From Selaginella moellendorffii (Eukaryota > Plantae > Lycopodiophyta), in NCBI RefSeq assembly GCF_000143415.4, contig NW_003314271.1, positions 1,780,806-1,844,805 of the forward strand: a DNA stretch of 64,000 nucleotides, read 5' to 3'. The notes below the pieces were generated by a model. The model was not told where the DNA came from and ran no database searches. It saw only the letters and a program-made list of their open reading frames with translations. Positions within the stretch are counted from its first letter, which is position 1; each line of letters begins with the position of its first letter. The translations under genes and the position numbers were made by a program. Positions 60,801 to 64,000 of this stretch are shown here, in pieces.

Positions 60801-62584
60801 ACTTCTTCCGTTCTTGTCTTTTTGTCACTCTTCACCGAGAGTAAGCACAAAAAGGCTGCCTTAGTTCCTTTAGTGAGTTGTCCTCTCGTGGACACCAGGT
60901 TTAAGCAGGATTCTTTGGCCTTGCTTTGCCCTACCTTTAGATCCTGGGCTTCCACCCTAGATCTTCTTCCTTGGGCATTCGCCAGTACCACAAGGTTCCT
61001 ACCTTGTCCATGTAGGGCTACCACGAACCGATTGAACCAATCCATTCCGAAGATCACGTCAAATCCCGCCATGTCCAACACGGTGAAATCCATGTCTACC
61101 TTCCATGTCCCTACTTCGACTTTCGCTTGTCGAAGTACCTCATCGGTGCTTTGGCTACCTTGAACAAACTCTATAGTCCTTGGTTCGCCTAGCCGCTGCA
61201 CCGTTAGTCCGGCTTGCCGGACTATGTCTGCAGCCACAAAATTATCCGAAGCACCCGTGTCAATAAGGATCTTAACAAAGCTACCTCCGAGCTTCCCTCG
61301 GAGGGCTAGTAGATGTCGCGAACGACTCTCTACCAAAGTTGCTCGTGTAATGAGTAACTTTGAGTTAGGGACTGGATCACATACCTCATTTTGGACTTCG
61401 CCCGACTTGATGGCCATATTGGCTCTGGCCTTCTTCGGGTAGGGACATTCCCTCGAAAAGTGTCCCGCTTCACCGCAGTTATAGCATACGTTGTTTCCCA
61501 CGCTGCTATATGACTTGACCTTCTTATCCGTGGGTTTGTCTCTTTTCGCTTGACTCCCCCACGTACTTGCTCGCTGGCCACCGGATTTGCCTTTCCGAAA
61601 TCCCGAGGACTCATTCTTAGAGAAACTCTTCCTGAATTTCCCCCTGCTATATGTTCCCCTCGGTTTGGCCCCTTTGTGAAACGTGGATCCCGACCCCGTC
61701 GTGTTCCCCTTTCGCAGGTTATCGTTGAAATGCACCTTGATGGCCGCATCCAACGCTTCCTTGTAGTTGGTCGGGTTCCAGCGCATCACCTCACCGCGAG
61801 CCCAGGTTTGCAAACCTGATATAAAGGCATGGAACGCATCCATATCCCCCATGTCCGTGACAAGTATCCTCTTTGCCATGAACCCATTCACATATTCCTG
61901 GATGGTTCCAGTCTGCTTCAGCCTACTCAGCTCATCTCTCAGATGCAGAGTGGCATTCGGAGGAACGTATGTCGCGCGGATCCTCGCCTTCATCATGTCC
62001 CAGGTGGCCACCGGTCCTTCGTTGGCCTCCGTTGTTCTCCACCAAGACTTGGCATTATCTGCCAAGTATGGTTTTGCACATGGGACCTTCTCCGAGCTCG
62101 GTAACCGTAACGCTCGGAAGTAGTCCTCCATATCGTAAAACCAATCCTCCACAACCTTATAGTCGTTCACTCCCTTGAACACCGGTGGGGGCTTTGGTTT
62201 GTACTTGGGAACTGCCTGAGGGACTGATTCCACTTCGGTCTGTTCGACCTTGTCTGGTTTTGCCTCAGTCCCTGCCGAAGGGTCCGCACCTTCTGCGCTG
62301 CCAGCATCCGCAGTCTTTCGCCTTTTCTTCCGTTTCTCGTCACGCTTTAGCTTGCGTACGAGAGTCTCCAGCAGGGCATTGGTCTGCGCCAATTGACCTT
62401 CTAGAACGTCCAATCGAGCCTTGGACGACCGAACCTCGCCACCGGACTCCTGTTTGGAAGTTTCCTCACTAGAGTCCTCCTCATGCAAGGATTCCTCATC
62501 CATAGCCTCTTGTTCGACCGGAGGCTCCAGCTCTGGCGGAGGTTCTGTCTCCGCCTGGGTTCGCTTACGCCCTGCCCTTGCCAT
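57812..62584 (-). CDS. Element B Gag-PR-RT-RH-IN-chromodomain polyprotein, predicted spliced (exons 62584-58711, 58663-58246, 58193-57812)
   Basis: [14 protein letters not shown] knuckle, [44 protein letters not shown]|[13 protein letters not shown]|FAGPY, chromodomain [22 protein letters not shown]. Confidence 0.9.
58194..58245 (-). other. 52-nt GT-AG intron immediately upstream of the integrase GPY/F motif of element B
   Basis: CAAAG|GTAAAG...TAAGCAG|GTTCGCG; removal restores [12 protein letters not shown]; carries an in-frame TAA. Confidence 0.85.
58664..58710 (-). other. 47-nt GT-AG intron in the integrase catalytic core of element B
   Basis: ACAG|GTAATG...CACTAAC...TTGACAG|ACGGA; removal restores [12 protein letters not shown]; carries an in-frame TAA. 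Confidence 0.85.
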
Positions 62585-64000
62585 CTCCCAGCAATCCGCC
62601 TCTATCCTTCGCTAGAACTGAGGAGAAGGCTCCGATACCAAATTGTAAGCCACAAATTTTTCCTTTCCAATTTGCCAGCTTACCTCGCCTATCCGACCAA
62701 CTCCGCCTTGGCTTGTGCTAAGTTCCCTCGCCAAGGTTCTCGCCTATGGTGCCAGCTCCTACTTGGTTTCAACTACTTACTGCACGAGCAACGGAGTGTT
62801 AGCCATCCATCTACGGATTCCCAAATCTCTCCCAATCCCCCTCCCCGGGTTAGACTGGACTTAAGGTTCGGCTACACTCCCCGCAGGCACAAGCAGCCAA
62901 GCACACCAAGCCTCCAGATTCCTAACACCCCAAGGTATCACAAGGCTTGATCATGGGACCCTCTAAATCCCAAGCCTTGGGTGCAGCACTTGCTTCGGGA
63001 CGTCGGGGCGAAACACCGTGGCCTAACGGCCCGGTATGGGTACCTCTACCCCCCCTCTTCCATCCCGAAGGAAAGGCCCAAGCCCCCGGAAGGGCGAGGA
63101 CCAATGAGCCACAAGGTACTCAAGTGGGGCACCACTCCACCTGAGCCGGGAGCACCGCAATCGGTTTCCCTTTCGGGAGTGGGAGCTGCTCTTGAGCACT
63201 TCCTTGGATGGCCCCTCCGGCACCAGCCAAGTCCATGCTCACTCCCACCCAAGGCCCCTCGGTCCCAGTCCCAACCTCAAGTCGGTTTGGAAGCCCAACT
63301 GGAGAGTCCCTTCTAAACTGGTTCCTGGACCTCACTATCCCTACTATACTTTTGGAACCCCCTGCAGCCCCCCCCCCCCTGGGAGACGCACGCTTTGGGC
63401 TTTCACCCCTTGACCCGTATTAGTATTTGGACTTAGTCTCTGGCTCGATCTCGGACCCGATTTCGGATCCGACTTCGGATTCGGGTTCGGACTCGATCAC
63501 GGACTTGATCTCGGACCCGATCTCGGACCCGACCTCGGACTCGACCTCGGACTCGGTCTCGGACCCGATTTCGGATCCGGACTCCGTCTCGAACTCGGTC
63601 TCGAACTCGGACTCGAACTCGGTCCCCGAGTCGGTCTCGGATTCGATTCCGGACTCTACCTCGAACTCGGTCCTAGAGTCGGTCTTGGACTCGATCCTCG
63701 ACTTGGTCCCATCCGATGAACTCTTTGTCACTTCGGTCAAGCTTTTGGGGATCCTTTAGCCTACGACATCTCGGGGAGTCGGTTCCTTACAAGTATATGG
63801 ACTTTCAACATTTAGATTAGGATGGTTATTTGCCTTTTCTTCGGTATATGTATGTCACAAGGGTGTAAAGTTTTGTTAATGCTTCACCATATAAACTCCT
63901 ATATGGTTATAATTCAATATTACTAATGGAATTAAGTTTACCTTTGCAATTGCCACAAGCTACCGATGCTAAATCTTAGAATTAATATTTGACAAGCATT

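Larger units (their letters stand above)
56261..63791 (-). mobile_element. Element B: very young full-length Ty3/gypsy chromovirus
   Basis: LTRs 56261-57407 and 62644-63791, differing by only one substitution and one C indel that I could find; TSD AGTAT (56256-56260, 63792-63796); PBS TGGTATCGGAGC (62629-62640); PPT GGGTGGTGGAGT next to 57408. Confidence 0.96.
40165..64000 (+). mobile_element. Old degenerate Ty3/gypsy host element H, fragmented by nested insertions and continuing past the window
   Basis: Partial LTR copy 40165-40300 ending TACA; PBS-like TGGTGGAGGTGAGGGG at 40302; decayed gag ~40620-41000; possible pol remnants ~47690-48190; integrase core with stops at 55827-56260 (DYLTHWVE..ILSDN..YHPQ) continuing at 63797 (YLPFL..SPYKLLYG). 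Confidence 0.65.

Noticed and set aside
58697-62584. Reading the pol break as ordinary pseudogenisation or a ribosomal frameshift
   Set aside because: The breaks are discrete 47- and 52-nt GT...AG inserts whose removal restores the conserved residues exactly, and the rest of the ORF is intact.

Overview
This is eukaryotic land-plant nuclear DNA. The very short introns (about 45-80 nt), tiny intergenic gaps, PLS-class PPR gene and CVNH lectin suggest a lycophyte such as Selaginella (inference). Positions 1-38.7 kb are a dense gene island of 19 genes: SF3A3, TVP38-like, HGO, PPR, GH127, SDHAF4, a two-exon mL60-like gene missing from the ORF track, an HNH nuclease head-to-head with an F-box gene, PLD, TYW1, CVNH, BPP-like MAP, GDSL, EF-hand, kinesin-14, OAT, CNX6, WD40 and TOL. 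Positions 38.8-64 kb are a nest of Ty3/gypsy LTR retrotransposons. An old + strand host element (H) carries a decayed chromovirus (A), a partial LTR, a young non-coding LARD-like element (C, TSD GTATA) and a very young chromovirus (B, TSD AGTAT). Main finding: the integrase of element B is split by two GT-AG spliceosomal-type introns (47 and 52 nt) and possibly a third GC-AG intron. Removing the two GT-AG introns exactly restores the conserved motifs [12 protein letters not shown] and KLTQRFAGPY. The unspliced genomic RNA would therefore encode an integrase truncated before its catalytic Glu, making integrase splicing-dependent. Elements B and C also share PBS, PPT and a structured 3'-UTR module with compensatory changes and twin tRNA T-loop/B-box hairpins.
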